52,390 bases of DNA from Chromera velia (Eukaryota), in assembly GCA_018398765.1 (NCBI GenBank), contig JAHBMJ010000243.1:1-52390 (forward strand). The letters are read 5' to 3'. The position numbers and the translations under genes were made by a program. Of the stretch, positions 9,637-39,084 are shown in pieces. The notes beneath the pieces were generated by a model. It was given only the letters and a program-made list of their open reading frames with translations. It did not search any database and was not told the DNA's origin. Position 1 is the first letter of the stretch. Each line of letters starts with the position of its first letter.

Positions 9637-11668
9637 GATGTTTTCCTAAAAATTCTATGCAGGCTGGCGAGGCAGAAATCATGATTGAAAGCTTTACGCA
9701 TGTTCTTTCTGTTGTAAGGCTATTGGATAGCTTCTGTTTTCAGGCTGTATGCTCTTTTCTCCGTTAAATCTGCACCTCTTTGCCTTGTTTGTTTTGATGA
9801 TGATCCACCCAAATTGAATTTGCAGCGAGGGAGAACTCCGGGAGGGCGATCCTGCCTCCGAATCAAGGGAATCTGTGGTGGTGTCCGCTTGTGCCCTCCT
9901 CATAGCAGTGCTTGGCACTGCCGTCTGTGTTGATCCGGGGATCACGTCAAAGGCGACTGAGGTCTGTACATAGTACATACACAATCTTTTCTCCAATTTT
10001 TGTCTAGAGCTGTTCTGGTCTTCCTTTATGCATGCAGTCTGGCTGGCGTTGAGCCTATTTCTTTGTGCCCGCCCGGCCATGCTTCTGACGATGAATCTGA
10101 GCATTCTACGATTTAGAAATATCGATCTGTCTCTCTTTCGATCAACTCATTCAAATCATGCTTCCAGGATTGCTTTTCTGGTCGGTAACAGGTCTAGTCT
10201 ACCGGCAATTGCCAGTAACCGGTAATGGCCTCAGTCTGCCTTCCTTTTACCGACAAAAAAAAAATAAAAATTAGGGTCAAAAAAAAAAAATTCGTACTGC
10301 CTCTCAATCTTCTTCACCCCCTACTTTCACGCGCTTTTTCTCCCTCTGAGACTTCTTCTTCCCTTATTTCTCACTCAGATTCAATTTCCCCTCGCTTTCT
10401 CTCTCTCTCTGTCCCAATCGATCGAAGTCCTTGAATGCCTTCAGGCTGAAAGGTGTACGTTGATTGATATGGCATGCGGTAATGCAAAGACTCCGAGAGG
10501 GGGAGAAAATTAAAGAAGGAGGGGGAGAGAGAGGGAGGAAACGCGTGTTATTCGTGCAGCCGACTTGCATGGATTTTTTGCTACACACTCCTTATCGTTG
10601 GTTGGCTAAATTATTTTTTTGGCAGGAGGAGGTTGCCGCTCTTCTGAAGAGTACGGGAAACCAGATAGAGAGTCTCAGAGAGGCGGAGAGGCACTTCTTC
10701 GTCAAAGAGCTCAACCAAGGCGCCCCCCTTTTCTCCCCTTTACCAGTGGTTCAGCCATTTGCCCTGGTTTAAGGTGTCAGTGAGCATTCTTCACAGGAAG
10801 CTAGATATTTTCCTTGATTCAGTATTCTACGGAGAATTCTGGTCAAGGATAACTCTTTTATTTTCTGTTCCACCCTTTTCTTCGTTTCTATCGCTCGTTT
10901 GCTTGCTCGTTTGGTATGGCTTGTTTCTTCTTTGGCTCGCTCCGAACCTCCTGACTTCCATTCAAAATCTCCCATATATGTTTGAATGATACGCGTGCAA
11001 ATCCAAGAAGGCAGCATTCCGCAGAAGAGTCTTCAAGAACAGTGCAGGACGGTATGCACCGGGAAGCTCATTGGATAAGAAAGGCATGGAGTAATCACAA
11101 AGAGAAGGGGAGTAAAGGAAAAAAGAAAAGAAGAACACAAGCGCGGGAAGAAAGTGAAGGCGGAAGGGGTGTATGCCTAATTACTGAGGCTCAGACCACA
11201 TCCCATGCCCGCGTGGTTTCTCAGGCCATGGACAACTATGAACAACTACCAACTGTTCTGAACTTTGCATGTTGCGGGCCACTGGCTAAGAGGGAACTAT
11301 TCTAAAGATAACACCAATGACACCAGACGATAGGGCATTTTGGCGCTGTTCGCGCGCTTTTTATATCCTTTTCTCTGCCTTCCTCTCTCCTGCCGTTTGC
11401 GGTAGTTTGCGGGGCCAACCCCTAAAAAATAAAACGGCGACGGTATCCTAGGGCAGTGCCACAACTGAATCACTTATCAGTTATTATTCACTTGTCACTT
11501 CTAATTCATTGATTGATTGATTGATTGATTAATACCAAATCCTACTAGCTGAACACTTAATTTTCACTGTTCTTTTTTGTTTTTTTTTTATCATTCTTAA
11601 ATAATTCTTTCAAAATTATTTAAGTCGCTGAAAACAGCGAAAAACTTACAAATTACTTATGTGTTAGG

Positions 11669-11897
11669 GCTAGGCGCCATACATAAAAAAAAATGTTTTC
11701 CCTATAACTTTTCTTCTTTTTTTTTTTAAATATCAAAAGTTAGTTAAACATCCAGGGTGAAAAAGTAACTTTAGGAGTCGAAAGTTACTTTAATTTTCTT
11801 TGTTGGAAGCACTTAAAAAAAAAAAATTAAAAAAAGAAAACTGTGGCAAGAAAAAAAATCGGCCTCCCCAATTTTTTTTCTATGTGCGGCGCCTAGC
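11669..11897. mobile_element. MITE-like element B (about 230 bp)
   Basis: GCTAGGCGCCATACATAAAAAAAAA (11669-11693) matches the reverse complement of 11873-11897 at 22/25. A central perfect hairpin AAAGTAACTTT-8nt-AAAGTTACTTT lies at 11762-11791. The ends can be read as TA|GGCGCC...GGCGCC|TA. Confidence 0.72.
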
Positions 11898-12623
11898 AAA
11901 TCTTTATCATAGACTTTATGGTTTGAGTTTGAGTGAATTTTAGAATACGAAAGCTGCCCAGTGAGCTACTCAGACCATAACGGCTGCATTTCTTACTATA
12001 CGCAGGAACGTTACCCGCCCGTACGTGCGGCATTGAGTGCAGCATGCCATAGATCGACGACACCGAAGGATACGGATGATCGAATTCAATCAATCAATCA
12101 AGAGATCACGTATCCCACAGTCTCTATAGCATCCGAGTCCCACCAGGCCCCTCGATTTCTCTTTCAACCACTTAATTATTACAACCGAGTCGATTTGGCA
12201 GGCTGACTCAATTGGAACACACCCCCGCCCCACGACTAACCGCCAGCCGGTGCAATTGCACTTACTTCGATCGGAATCACCTTGATCGATCCCTCAAACA
12301 TCCATCAATGTCGCCTTCTGTGGCTCCATACACCAATCTAGGCATCTATCATGCGATGGAATCGCTACCATTCCTCAGATGCCTGCACCAGTCTCGAATT
12401 AATCTTCGCATTTCATCTGTCGCGCTAAAATTCTAAACGTTGCCCTTTCCCCACCCAACCCGTGTCCAGAGAATTGGATTGAATGATTAATGCCTTCCAA
12501 TTGACCGTTTCTTGCCTGCCGAGAACTGTCCCCCCACCCCCCCCCACCAAGATCTCCCTTCTCTTCCTCACATAATGGGCCACACACATTCTCTTTAAAA
12601 TGATAATTCCCTCTCTGCTTTCC

Positions 12624-29131
<16,508 letters not shown>

Positions 29132-29732
29132 CGGACTGGAAAGAAACTCGAAAGGCGGGTACTAGAACGTTTCAGAAAACCCGAAAAGAGGAGCCGATGA
29201 CGCGGCCAAGAAAGACAAACACAAACTTGTCACACAGGAGACGGGGAGACGGCTGTTCCTTTGCTCTTGCCGACAACCGTCGCTCAGGAAATGTGTGCAA
29301 GTGTGCAAAAAGTATCAGCAGGGAGAGAAAGGATGAATCGGTTTCCATGCATGATTTCTAGCGCGGTCGTCTCCGTGCGAGCTTTCCAGAAATTGAAGTC
29401 CCCACACAATTTTTAGAAAAAGTGCCCCCCAAGCAGCTCTTACTGAATTCAGACTGATCAGACTGAGAAAACATCTCTATGCATGCACATGAGAATACCG
29501 ATTCCAGACAACAATATATGGACAACACTGTCACAACAGTGTCACAACACACCAGTTCGACCATAAGCCCCACTATTAATACCCGACAGATGCCTGCGAC
29601 CGCCTCTGTGTGCATGTTCGATCTTGATCGGACTATGCAGTTGTGTTCAGCAGCACGCCCTTCGACTTTACAAGTCACCGGAGAGTCTGTCAGAAAAGTG
29701 AGTATTTTGTTCGTGGCAAGGCTGTGGTAGTC
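29132..29732. promoter_or_regulatory. Putative bidirectional promoter region between GCN1 and the kinase-like gene, with a TGCATGCA motif
   Basis: Divergent start codons at 29131 (-) and 29733 (+); TGCATGCA at 29480-29487. Confidence 0.5.
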
Positions 29733-32700
29733 ATGTCGCCCAGCGGTGCGAATGCCGTTGCGCTTGAGGGCGAGTGCTACATCATCTCCAAAAGAAGGTA
29801 CAAGTCTGGCCAGGACCCCCAAGGAGGCACCGCATCTGGCAGTCACAGCAGTGGCAGTCCCAATGTCCTGCAAAAAGTCTACACGAGGATCCTCGCAGAT
29901 GGGGACCTTCTGTATTCTCCCGAAAGCTCTTTCCCTCCCTCCTGCACCTACAGACGGGATCTGCACTTTGACCGCCTCTTCGCTGTGGAGGACGCAGTCG
30001 GGTGAGTAGCGGAAAGGGAGAAAAAGGAATGAATCCTCTGTCCGCAACACGCCGTCGTCGCCTCCTCTTTCTTTCCTGTCTCCTCCTCTGACCCCTTGCT
30101 GCTTCACCTTTTTGCTCCCTTCTTTCACATTTTTCTCCATCCATTTGTTCTGATTGCAGGCAGGAGGCTTTCCTACTACAGAAGAGTGACTTTATTCGCC
30201 CGCTTCCCGAGGTGGCAACCGCCGCTCTTCTATCATCGCCCTCGAGCAGTCATGGGGGCGCCGGGACCGGGCAACCCCTCTCTCCCGCCTTCTCTGAAGA
30301 TCCCTTCCCACCCGACCATGCGCCGCCCCCCAGTCCTCTTCAAGAGGGGCTAGAGAAGGGGACAAGCTCACGAGAGACAGAGAAGGAGAAGACGTCTGCT
30401 CTCTTCGGGCCCCGACTCGTTCTCTCTTCATGTCTCCATGAGGGTTTTCCGATCACCGGTATCCCTTCACAGCAACAGTCTTCCTCTTTTGTCTCTGCGC
30501 GGGATGGTTCCTCGACCTCCTGTTCTTCCTCCTCCGCATCTTCTTCCTCTTCCTCCAGCGGGGCGTCCAGTAGCGGGTCCTCCTCTTCCTCCTCAAGTTC
30601 CTCCTCCTCAGCCTCGCCGCATTCATCATGGCTGCAGTCCTTTGCCCTCGATCCCCATGCTTCCGTTCTGTTCTTACTTGCTGGTGTGGGGGCGTCTCCG
30701 TGGCTTCACCCTGCACCTCGGCCGGACTCCCATGAGCAGAAGATGCAAGGAGACGGCGAACTGGGAGACGGGATTGGAGACAGAGATCGGCAAGAGGGTG
30801 GGGACAGTGTGCGGCACGGGAGGCTGGCAAAGGGGGAAGGGGGAAATGCAGGAGGATGGGACGATGGGGGCCCTCCAGTTCCCCTGTTGAGAAGATCAAA
30901 GTCTGATTCATGTGTTTTCGATCTCTGTTCCGACACACTTTTCAGAATTGCCATCAACGGCAAGCACGGCTTTTGTCCGGTTGTTGAGCTGAATTCCATA
31001 CTTAGATGTGTGGGAGGCGGTGACAAATTTGACAGCATTATTAGAAATAAGGGTGGATTTGGTGTGGGCTGGAGTGAAGGCCCTCAAACCGCGCGGGGAG
31101 AGCGGAAAGAGAGTGAGCAGGAGGTGCACTTGGATGGGGGAGAAGGAGTGATGGGAGAGTCAGGTAAAGGAAATTCGGGGTTAATTGTACACTCAAATAA
31201 CAAGGGGCTCAGCAGTCTTCCCGGTGGGGGGGAGGTTGGGGGAGAATTTTCATCCTCGGAAAGCATGAACGTCTCTTTGTCATCCTGGCTTGAAGTCCTG
31301 TCTGATTTTTGCGTGTTGACAAATTTCGATGGAATCTTCAGTTGCCAGTCCATCGAGTCCGCCTCGTTGAACTACACGTCGTGGCGGGTGGTCGATAGAG
31401 AGGGAGGGGGGGTGCTGCTGGCCAAGGCGCTGAAGAAAAGTGCTCTGAAGGTTGGCGAGTCTCCATGTGTACATGTATATCTCTTTCGCTTGTCTGCATG
31501 CATTGCTGTGTGCAGATGCAAGCAGATCTTACTTGCTGTTTGATCTTGTTCCGCAGTGTCTTCTTCTGAACTCGGATGCCTTTGTGTCTCTGCAGTCGTC
31601 CGTCTCCCTTTTTTCTTTCTTTTTTGTTTGCGCATATACGCAGTTCTTTTTTGTTGGCCGTGTCGTGTCATTCCCGGTTTCTTCGTGTGCTTTTTTATTC
31701 CGCGAAACTTTGAAGGGCTGAACAGGGACTCAGTCGTTCTCTGTGTTTTCTCCCTCCCGAGATTACCCCATCTTTCCATTAATCCTCACAAATCTGCAGC
31801 CGTCTCTTCTTCCAGTTGCGCCTTCCTTGCTTGTGCGCTCCCATTGATCGTTTCCTTTTTTTGGTCTCTGCAGGGGGGGCGTCCAAATCCTTCGAGACAA
31901 CCGGGGGCCCCGGGGGGGGGGCAGTCCGGCGGTGGAGGGAAGGGGGGGAGTCAGCCTGGAGCTTCGTTGGTCCCCCCAGGGATCAGCAGCAGTGTGTCGA
32001 TGCAGACGCAGACGTCGAAGGAGCACCAGCCTGGGCAGAGTGGGGGACTTCATTATTATCTCCATGCGGCTTCGTCTTCTGGTGCTCTGTCTGCACATCA
32101 TCCGGCGTCATCTGCAGAGAGGGGCAGTGGTGGGCAGCAACAGCAGCAGCATCAGAGCCAGTTCACGGGATTCCTCCACGAGTTTTGGATTCTGTCCAGG
32201 TGCAGACACCCGTTTGTGATCCGGAACCTGGTCGTTTTTGAGACCACGTCGTCTGTCATCATGGTTCGTTGGTCAGCTCTTCCTATATTCCTTCCTCTGT
32301 GTCTCTCCCTTGTGCAAATGGTTCTGTAGAAAATCTATCTACTGAATTTTGCGGGCGTTCCTTTTTCCTTTCGTTGGCAATCGAGAGGTCCATCCACTCG
32401 CTTTTTTGCGCATGTACCCCACACGTTATGAATGGATGGCCATGCAGATTCAAGAGGAATCCTCGGGAGAGCTTCTCTCAGATGTCATCGCAAGCGGACC
32501 GGTGTCCGAGAGGGATGCGGCGCGTCTGATGAAAGCGCTCCTTCAGGCTTTGGCCTATCTGCACACGCACGGGTGGATCCATAGAGACGTCAGGCCGCAA
32601 TCGGTTCGGGTCTCTAGCGACAGGTCCCTGTCTTCAGTCAAGCTCACTCATTTCCAGTGCGCAGTCGTGGCTGAGTACGCCTCTCTCCACCCGGAGCAGC

Positions 32701-33072
32701 AGGCAGGTTCTCCGGGCTTCATCGCTCCGGAGGTTCTCGCGCGGCTTCCCTATGATGGGCGTGCGGATGTTTTTGGAGCAGGTACGTGAGAATGGGGAGA
32801 GAGAGAAAGGGACAGAAAAGGAAGCTGCTGCCTTTCCGCAAGCGGGAACGTATTTTTTAAAATGGGGGGGAGAAACGGACTGAAGAACATTTTAAATGCT
32901 GAAACCGTACAGGTGAAGAGAACGAAGCGAATGAGAAAGAACGGCTCACGTGTTTCTTCTTCTGCCTCCATGCATGAGTGACTGACTCCGTCCGTGCCTG
33001 TGTGTCTTCAGCGATCCGTCCGTCCGTCCGTCCGTCCGTCCAGCAAGCTCGACGAAAGAGGAGCTGACGTGG

Positions 33073-33137
<65 letters not shown>

Positions 33138-36100
33138 AAGTGCAGGCTGCGTTTTGCACACGCTTCTTGTCGGGCACTCCCCTTTCGCACGGTCATCGAA
33201 TCGGGTTCAGGGGGTGCGGAAAATGATGAGGCTGAACCTCGAATGCAAGTGCGTCCGTCCGTCCGTCCGTTTGTTACTGCATGCAAGGTGGAGAGATTCG
33301 GACAGACAGACAGACAGACAGCCTTGGGGAGAATGGAAGCCAGACGGATGTCCTTTCGGTGTGCTTCTCGTTCTTGGGCGGTAACATTTGTTGCACCATA
33401 CTGGCTTTGGGGGGACATCCATAGTCGTCGTCCTTCGACTTGTGCTGTAATTTTTCCTCTTTCCATTTGCTTTCTCTCTCTGCATTTCCGTTTGCTCATG
33501 GAGCTCTCCGACTGAATTTGTGAGAAGCGAAGAGATCAGCAGGAAGATTGTCAAATCAGTCTGTCGGAATGCGCATGAAAGAAACCCATTGGGTCCAGAC
33601 CTTTCTTCGTTTCAGCTGTCTCCTCTCCTTTCCTTTCCCTTCCCTTTTTGCCTGCTTCACTCCGTGACTGTCTGTCTGTCTGCCTGTTGCTTTTTTTCTT
33701 TTTGTCTGTTGTGTTCACGAAGAAGAGGAGGGAAAGAAAGCACATATTCTGTGTGTCTGAAAAATAAACATATCGTCTGTCTGTCTGGATGCAGGTGGGA
33801 CGATCCTGACAAGACTGCAGACCCAGAGCTGCAGGCAAAGTTCACGGACGTCTCCCCTGCGGCCAAAGACCTCATGAGAAAGATGCTAGTTAGAGACCCC
33901 AAAGACCGCCCCACAGCCCAAGAATGTTTGAGACACCCCTGGGTATCAGGTCTAGGCACACGTCGGAGCCGCACGAACCTTTTGTACGCTCCGGGTGCTG
34001 CATCCTCCTCAGCAGCCACTGCAGTGGAAATGGAGTTGGATGCAGACCTTGCCCCTTCTCCCTCTGCAGTAGTAGGTCCTCCCGTGAAAAACCACCAGTC
34101 TCCCGGCGGAGTGAGTGAGAGCGTTGGTGGGAATGAGAAGAAGAGTGTGAGTGGGGTGGGAGGCGTTCTGGAAGTGCCCGAGGAGGAGGAGACGATTGTT
34201 CCACCTGAGCTGGGAGGTCATTCGAATGGGTTTGTGGGAACGTCTGTTATATTGGGAGAAAGCGACACAAATTGCCCTGCAGGAGGAAGGCAAGAGCTTC
34301 CGAGTCTATCTCAGCAGCCGAGTGATGGTGCTGTCTTGGACTTTTCTGCGGTCGAAGGAGGTGGAAAGACGGATGTAGATGGAGAAAGAGAGCAGGCAGA
34401 TGGAGAACGGGGCGGGTCTTCAACAACGAAGCGCCGATTTCAATTGAAAGAGGGGGTAGGACATAGATCCCTTTTGTGTTTTGGGGATAGGTTTCTTGAG
34501 GCCGGTTTCCTAGCAAATGCCGGGGGGGGGCAAGTCGCGGGATTGGGAGGGTCAGAGAAGTGGGCCGCGGTGCTTGCCCCCCTTCTTCCTAGATCATTGA
34601 GTCTGACAAACACTCCCTCGACGGCCTCGTCTTCTTCATTTAGAGTCACGAACACCCAAAATGCGACGGGAAGGGGAAGGGGTCGGTCATTTTCACCCGG
34701 CCGAGGCCAAACAGCAACGGTCAGACTGCCACTGAGAGTGCGCACAGAAGCTTTAAAGTACCGCCTACTCAGTTTGGCAGACAGTCTCCCAGGCGCCCGT
34801 CCAGCACTGCGACGAGCTGCCCCCATTTCTTTCGATATCTTGCAGAGAATGGTGGCATGCCACCAGGAAAAGGCCACCTCAGTCTCCCCTGGCCTCCCTA
34901 ACCGTATCTCCTCTTCATTGGTTAGTTGGGTCCCCCCTCCGCGCGCCGCCTCATCTGCGCGCGTGTCTTCCAGCTCGGGGGCAACCGTAGGGGAGGTCAG
35001 GGGGGTGAACGTTTTCTCCCCACCAATAATAAGAGGAAAGGGCAAGGGAATGCGCGCAGTGCCGGTTGGGCTCCGATCGTTAGAGGCGTGTCTGCGCGAT
35101 GATGAGATGCTTGCCTTGTCTGAGCAAGAGGGGGTGGGGGGAACGTTGCAGGATAGTGTGGTGAGTGTGGGAAGTGCACTCTCGGCAGACGAGTGTTTTT
35201 ACAGCCATCCTTTGACTGTATTGTCGCACCAGCAAAGAAACTCGACAAGGACGCGAACACTGTCACCAGGCTTGCCGGGGTCCTCCGCGGCCCTCCACGG
35301 TTCCGCTTCCGGTACTACATGGCCCCGAAAGAGGCGCCTCATCCGTCGGCTGTCCACTATGGGCACCACGGCTGCTGTTGTGCCTCTCCTCAACGTAAGA
35401 GCAGGAGAAGCTGCAGGCTCCCTCTCACAGGGAGCCCCCCCCCGCAGTTTGTTCCCCTTCTCAAAATCGGGCAGCGATGGAGGAGAGCGCCCTGCGCCTT
35501 CACACAAAGAGAGGGGGGCGCCGCCACCCCCTCCCCCTCCACTCCCCCAGAGGAGCCAAATCGGGCATGTGAGGTCCACCGTGGGTAGTTCCCGTCGCAT
35601 TTTGGGAAAGCACGGAAGCGCAGAGGGGGCAGGGGGTATAGAGACACACGAAGAAGATACGTTGAGGAGGGAAAACTCAAAAGGGGAGGGGGGGCAGTCA
35701 GATGAAAACAGAACCGGGATACCCAGAGTTCCCTCTTCTGCCCGTGTTCCCATCAGTCCCTTAGAGACCCACCCATCCCCTCCAATGCCCAAGGAAGGAG
35801 AAGGGGGTTTTCCCGTCACTAAACAGACGAGGGCCCCGGCACTTGGAGAACGATCTGACAGTGCTGGAGGCCACGGGGAAGGTCGAATTCTGTCTCCCAT
35901 TAATAACAGCTCTTCCGCAGAACCAGCGGCCACGACGTTATCTGTCCACCCGCCCCCAGAACAGCAGCAGCAACTGCAGCAAGAAGAAGACAAGCCGAGG
36001 TCTCAACTTTATATCAGCACAGGAGGGAAAACATTCTCTTCCTCGGTGGTCACGGGAGCGAGGCAAGACCCCGTCCAGTTGGACATGAGGTCGTCCCGCT

Positions 36101-39084
36101 GGATGCTTCACGTCATGCGAAGGGAGGCTGAAGCGGGACAGAAGGAAAATGCGCAGAAGATTTTGCGCAGGCGTGCACAGTCAATTTGGCCTGAAGACGA
36201 CCCGAATCACAGACGGAAAGAGGTGATGCAGCGGGGGTCATTGCAAGAGGGGCGGGAGAGACTTAATGAGACCGTCAGTGGTTATCAAGTCAGTTCACGT
36301 CGCCGTGCCCGTTCACTTCGGAGACGATTACAGGAAGCTGCGAATGTTGGACTTCCTGAGGGTCAGAGGGGTAAGGGGACGGGGGCTTGGGGGAGAGACG
36401 AGGACATAGCCGCCACAGATGAGTACGGCCCATTCTCTCCCACATCTGCAACAGATCAGACAGCCAACGTGCCTGTGTCTTCGGTTGTGGTAGATAGCCC
36501 TGCAGCGCCTCCGTTTAGAGAGAGACCCGGGGGTGCTCTCTCCATAGCCTCGGGATCCTCCCCTGCCACCGTGTACGGGAGCGGTCTGCTCTCTCCCCAA
36601 ACGTTCCCCCGTCCAATCACGGGCCCCCAACAGCAGCGTCGGGCCCCGGCTGTCAATTCCCCCTCCCTCGCACGGAGTTCCGTGTCCTCTCTCCCTCATC
36701 ACCATGGAACTCCATCAGAATCCGCACAAGTCCGAGTTTTGTCTGACGTTGACTCGTCGATTCGTCCGAGAGGGGACCGAGAGAGAGACAGAGAGCACGT
36801 GCCTATCGATGCCGTAGATATGAAGGGAAAGGGGCAGCCTGGTGCAGAAGAAAGGTCATCCCGATTTGCCATGTGGCTCTCTCAGGCGAAGGAGGACGAC
36901 GAAAGGCACTCAGAGACGGAAAATGTGAGTGCCAACTTGGGCCAGCCTGAGGGCCCTGGGGGGGGGCAGAGAGTCTTCTTAGGTCGGCACGCACCGACAA
37001 CTGGTAAGCCCGGGAAGGGGGTCATGGCGGGGGGCCGAATCCTAGGGGGACCTTCCGCAGGTCCCCCCATGTCTAGTGTTGCAGCAGGCACATCAGGAGC
37101 ACCGTCCAGTGTGGGTTCTGGAGGGAGGGGTCAGAATTCGAAGGTATCAGGTCCGATCAGTGAAGAACAGCGGAAGTACAACGAGCAGCTCCAACAGGTT
37201 TTGCAAAAACAGAGACTGAGGGACCAGCAGCGAACAGGAAAGGGAGGAGGGACATCCAACGTCCCAGGTGCGAATGCGCCGTTTGAATCAGGTGCGATGC
37301 CTCTCTCTCCAGGGGCTACTGAGTCAGTTTCCGGTCGCACCGGAGACAGAGATATAGAACACCCGACCCCTCCCGAACCCCAAACGTTGTCACCCCCCCC
37401 TTCTCGACTGCAACGCATGCACGAGGCAGACTCCTGTCCAAATGCAGAAAGGGAAAGGGGAAGAGAGATGGGACGGTCGGCCTCTCTCTCTGACGTTCCA
37501 GCAGCAGCAGGTAGGCAGACAGAGAGGGAGGTTCTAGAGAAGTCTCCTGCAGTCGTAAGCCCTTCTTCTTCTTCTTCTCCTCCGATTCCCCTGAAAGGGC
37601 CTGAGAGCAGAGCAGCCTCCTCTGAGTCTCAGTCACCCCCCCCAGTTCCTCCCGGAGGAACGAGGAAGGGACGGGAAAATCACTCTCTGGCCGACAGTCC
37701 GGACAGTCAGAGTGCGAGTGAAGTGGGGGGGATCAGAAGATCCGCTGACTCGTCTCGAGGAGCACAGACAAACAAAAGCAAAAACAGAACTCTGAGAGAG
37801 GATAGCGGAGAGGAGGGTAGTTGGGACGGATTGTGGGACGTTCAGGGCCCCCTGATGAAGGAGAAACGTTCGAAAACCCGAAGTTTTTTCTCTGTCCTCT
37901 CCGAAGCCACCAAAAATGCAGTGGCTCCTTGGAATCAAAACCTGTCCAGTCTGTTCCGAATCGACTCAGAAGAGAAAGATTTCGCCCAGGACAATTCATC
38001 CTCGGGCCTAGGTGACGACAGCACAGAGCGTGGTAAACCTTCTGCAGGGCCTGAAAGCAGCAGCCCAAGTCCCACTGGAGAACAAGACAGCATGAGTGTG
38101 CGATCCTTGTCATGTCCTGCCAGTGAGTGGTCTGCTTCTCCCCCTCGCACTGTGCGGAGTGGGGGGATTTTGAGGGCGAGTATGTCCAATCGGGTCAGGC
38201 GTTTTCCCCACCGTGCGTCTCTGATCCCTCCCGGATTTGTCGAGACCTCACCCCCCAGCGAGGGCCCAAATACCGCTAATAGCGTCAGCAGCAGAACACC
38301 CCGTACTATCCCCCCTACCCCAATTTCCTCCTCCCACCAGAATCCCCCAAGTACTCCAGGCAGCGTCCAGCAGCAGCAACAACACCAGAGCCAAACGGGT
38401 TGCCGTCTGTCTCTGGCTGTTCCAGAAACCCCCTCAGGGCCCTTCCGCAAACCCCAAAGCAGTGCGATGCTTGACATTCCTGTGCAGACTTCAGGAACCC
38501 TCTCGAGACAGCTGCTGAAGAATAGGAAGAGGGGGTGGCGAAAGAGTCGGCTGCCTGGTGGTGCGTCCAGTACTGGCCTCCTTCGGCTGGAGACGGGGGT
38601 TTCCGAAGCGGAGATGGATGAGTACCAGGGATTTTGGGTGAGTTCTGATCTTAGTTTGTTTGTTCAGGGCATAAGGAAGCAGTCCACCAGGACACTCGAT
38701 GTATCTGATCGATGTGTCGTTTTTGCATACACATGTTTGGGTGAGACGTGTACTTCTTAATTTTCGGAAGGCCTTGGTGTGTCTCTCTGGATCGCTTCTG
38801 TTATGTAGTCCTTCCTTTTTCGCACGCACTTGTTGGCTCATCTGGCAAGCTGCATGTGTCTGCTTTGGCGTCTTCAGATCCAAAAGGTCGTCTCTTTTAC
38901 TGTCCATGCACTCACTCACTGTGTGTTGTTTTTCCTTTTGCAGTCTCGTGGGATTGGTGGAATCCTCCCACCTGGAACCCTGTCTGTGGTGGTGTCTGTG
39001 GAGTTCCTCGCGCTGTTGTACAATTTGTTTTGGATCTTCCTAGCGCTTCGCTCGCTCTCGAACTGGGCGATCGGTTGGTTTTGA
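29733..39084 (+). CDS. CAMK-family protein kinase-like protein (probable pseudokinase) with a PH-like N-terminus, long disordered tail and C-terminal hydrophobic segment; 7 exons, about 2456 aa
   Basis: Phase-consistent exons: 29733-30001, 30160-31450, 31874-32263, 32448-32781, 33146-33248, 33795-38637, 38944-39084 (7371 nt). Kinase subdomains: LLAK, HEFWILSRCRHPFVI, ALAYLHTHGWIHRDVRPQS, KLTHFQ, GSPGFIAPEVL, YDGRADVFGAGCVLHTLLVGHSPF, VSPAAKDLMRKMLVRDPKDRPTAQECLRHPW. Confidence 0.85.

Noticed and set aside
29358..30140. 260-aa minus-strand ORF as the first exon of GCN1
   Set aside because: It is antisense to exon 1 and intron 1 of the kinase-like gene, which has proper splice signals and phase. 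It has no GCN1-like features.
33520..38760. 1746-aa ORF as a standalone gene
   Set aside because: Its first approximately 90 codons are intronic. It is exon 6 of the kinase-like gene, with an acceptor at 33794 and a probable donor at 38638.
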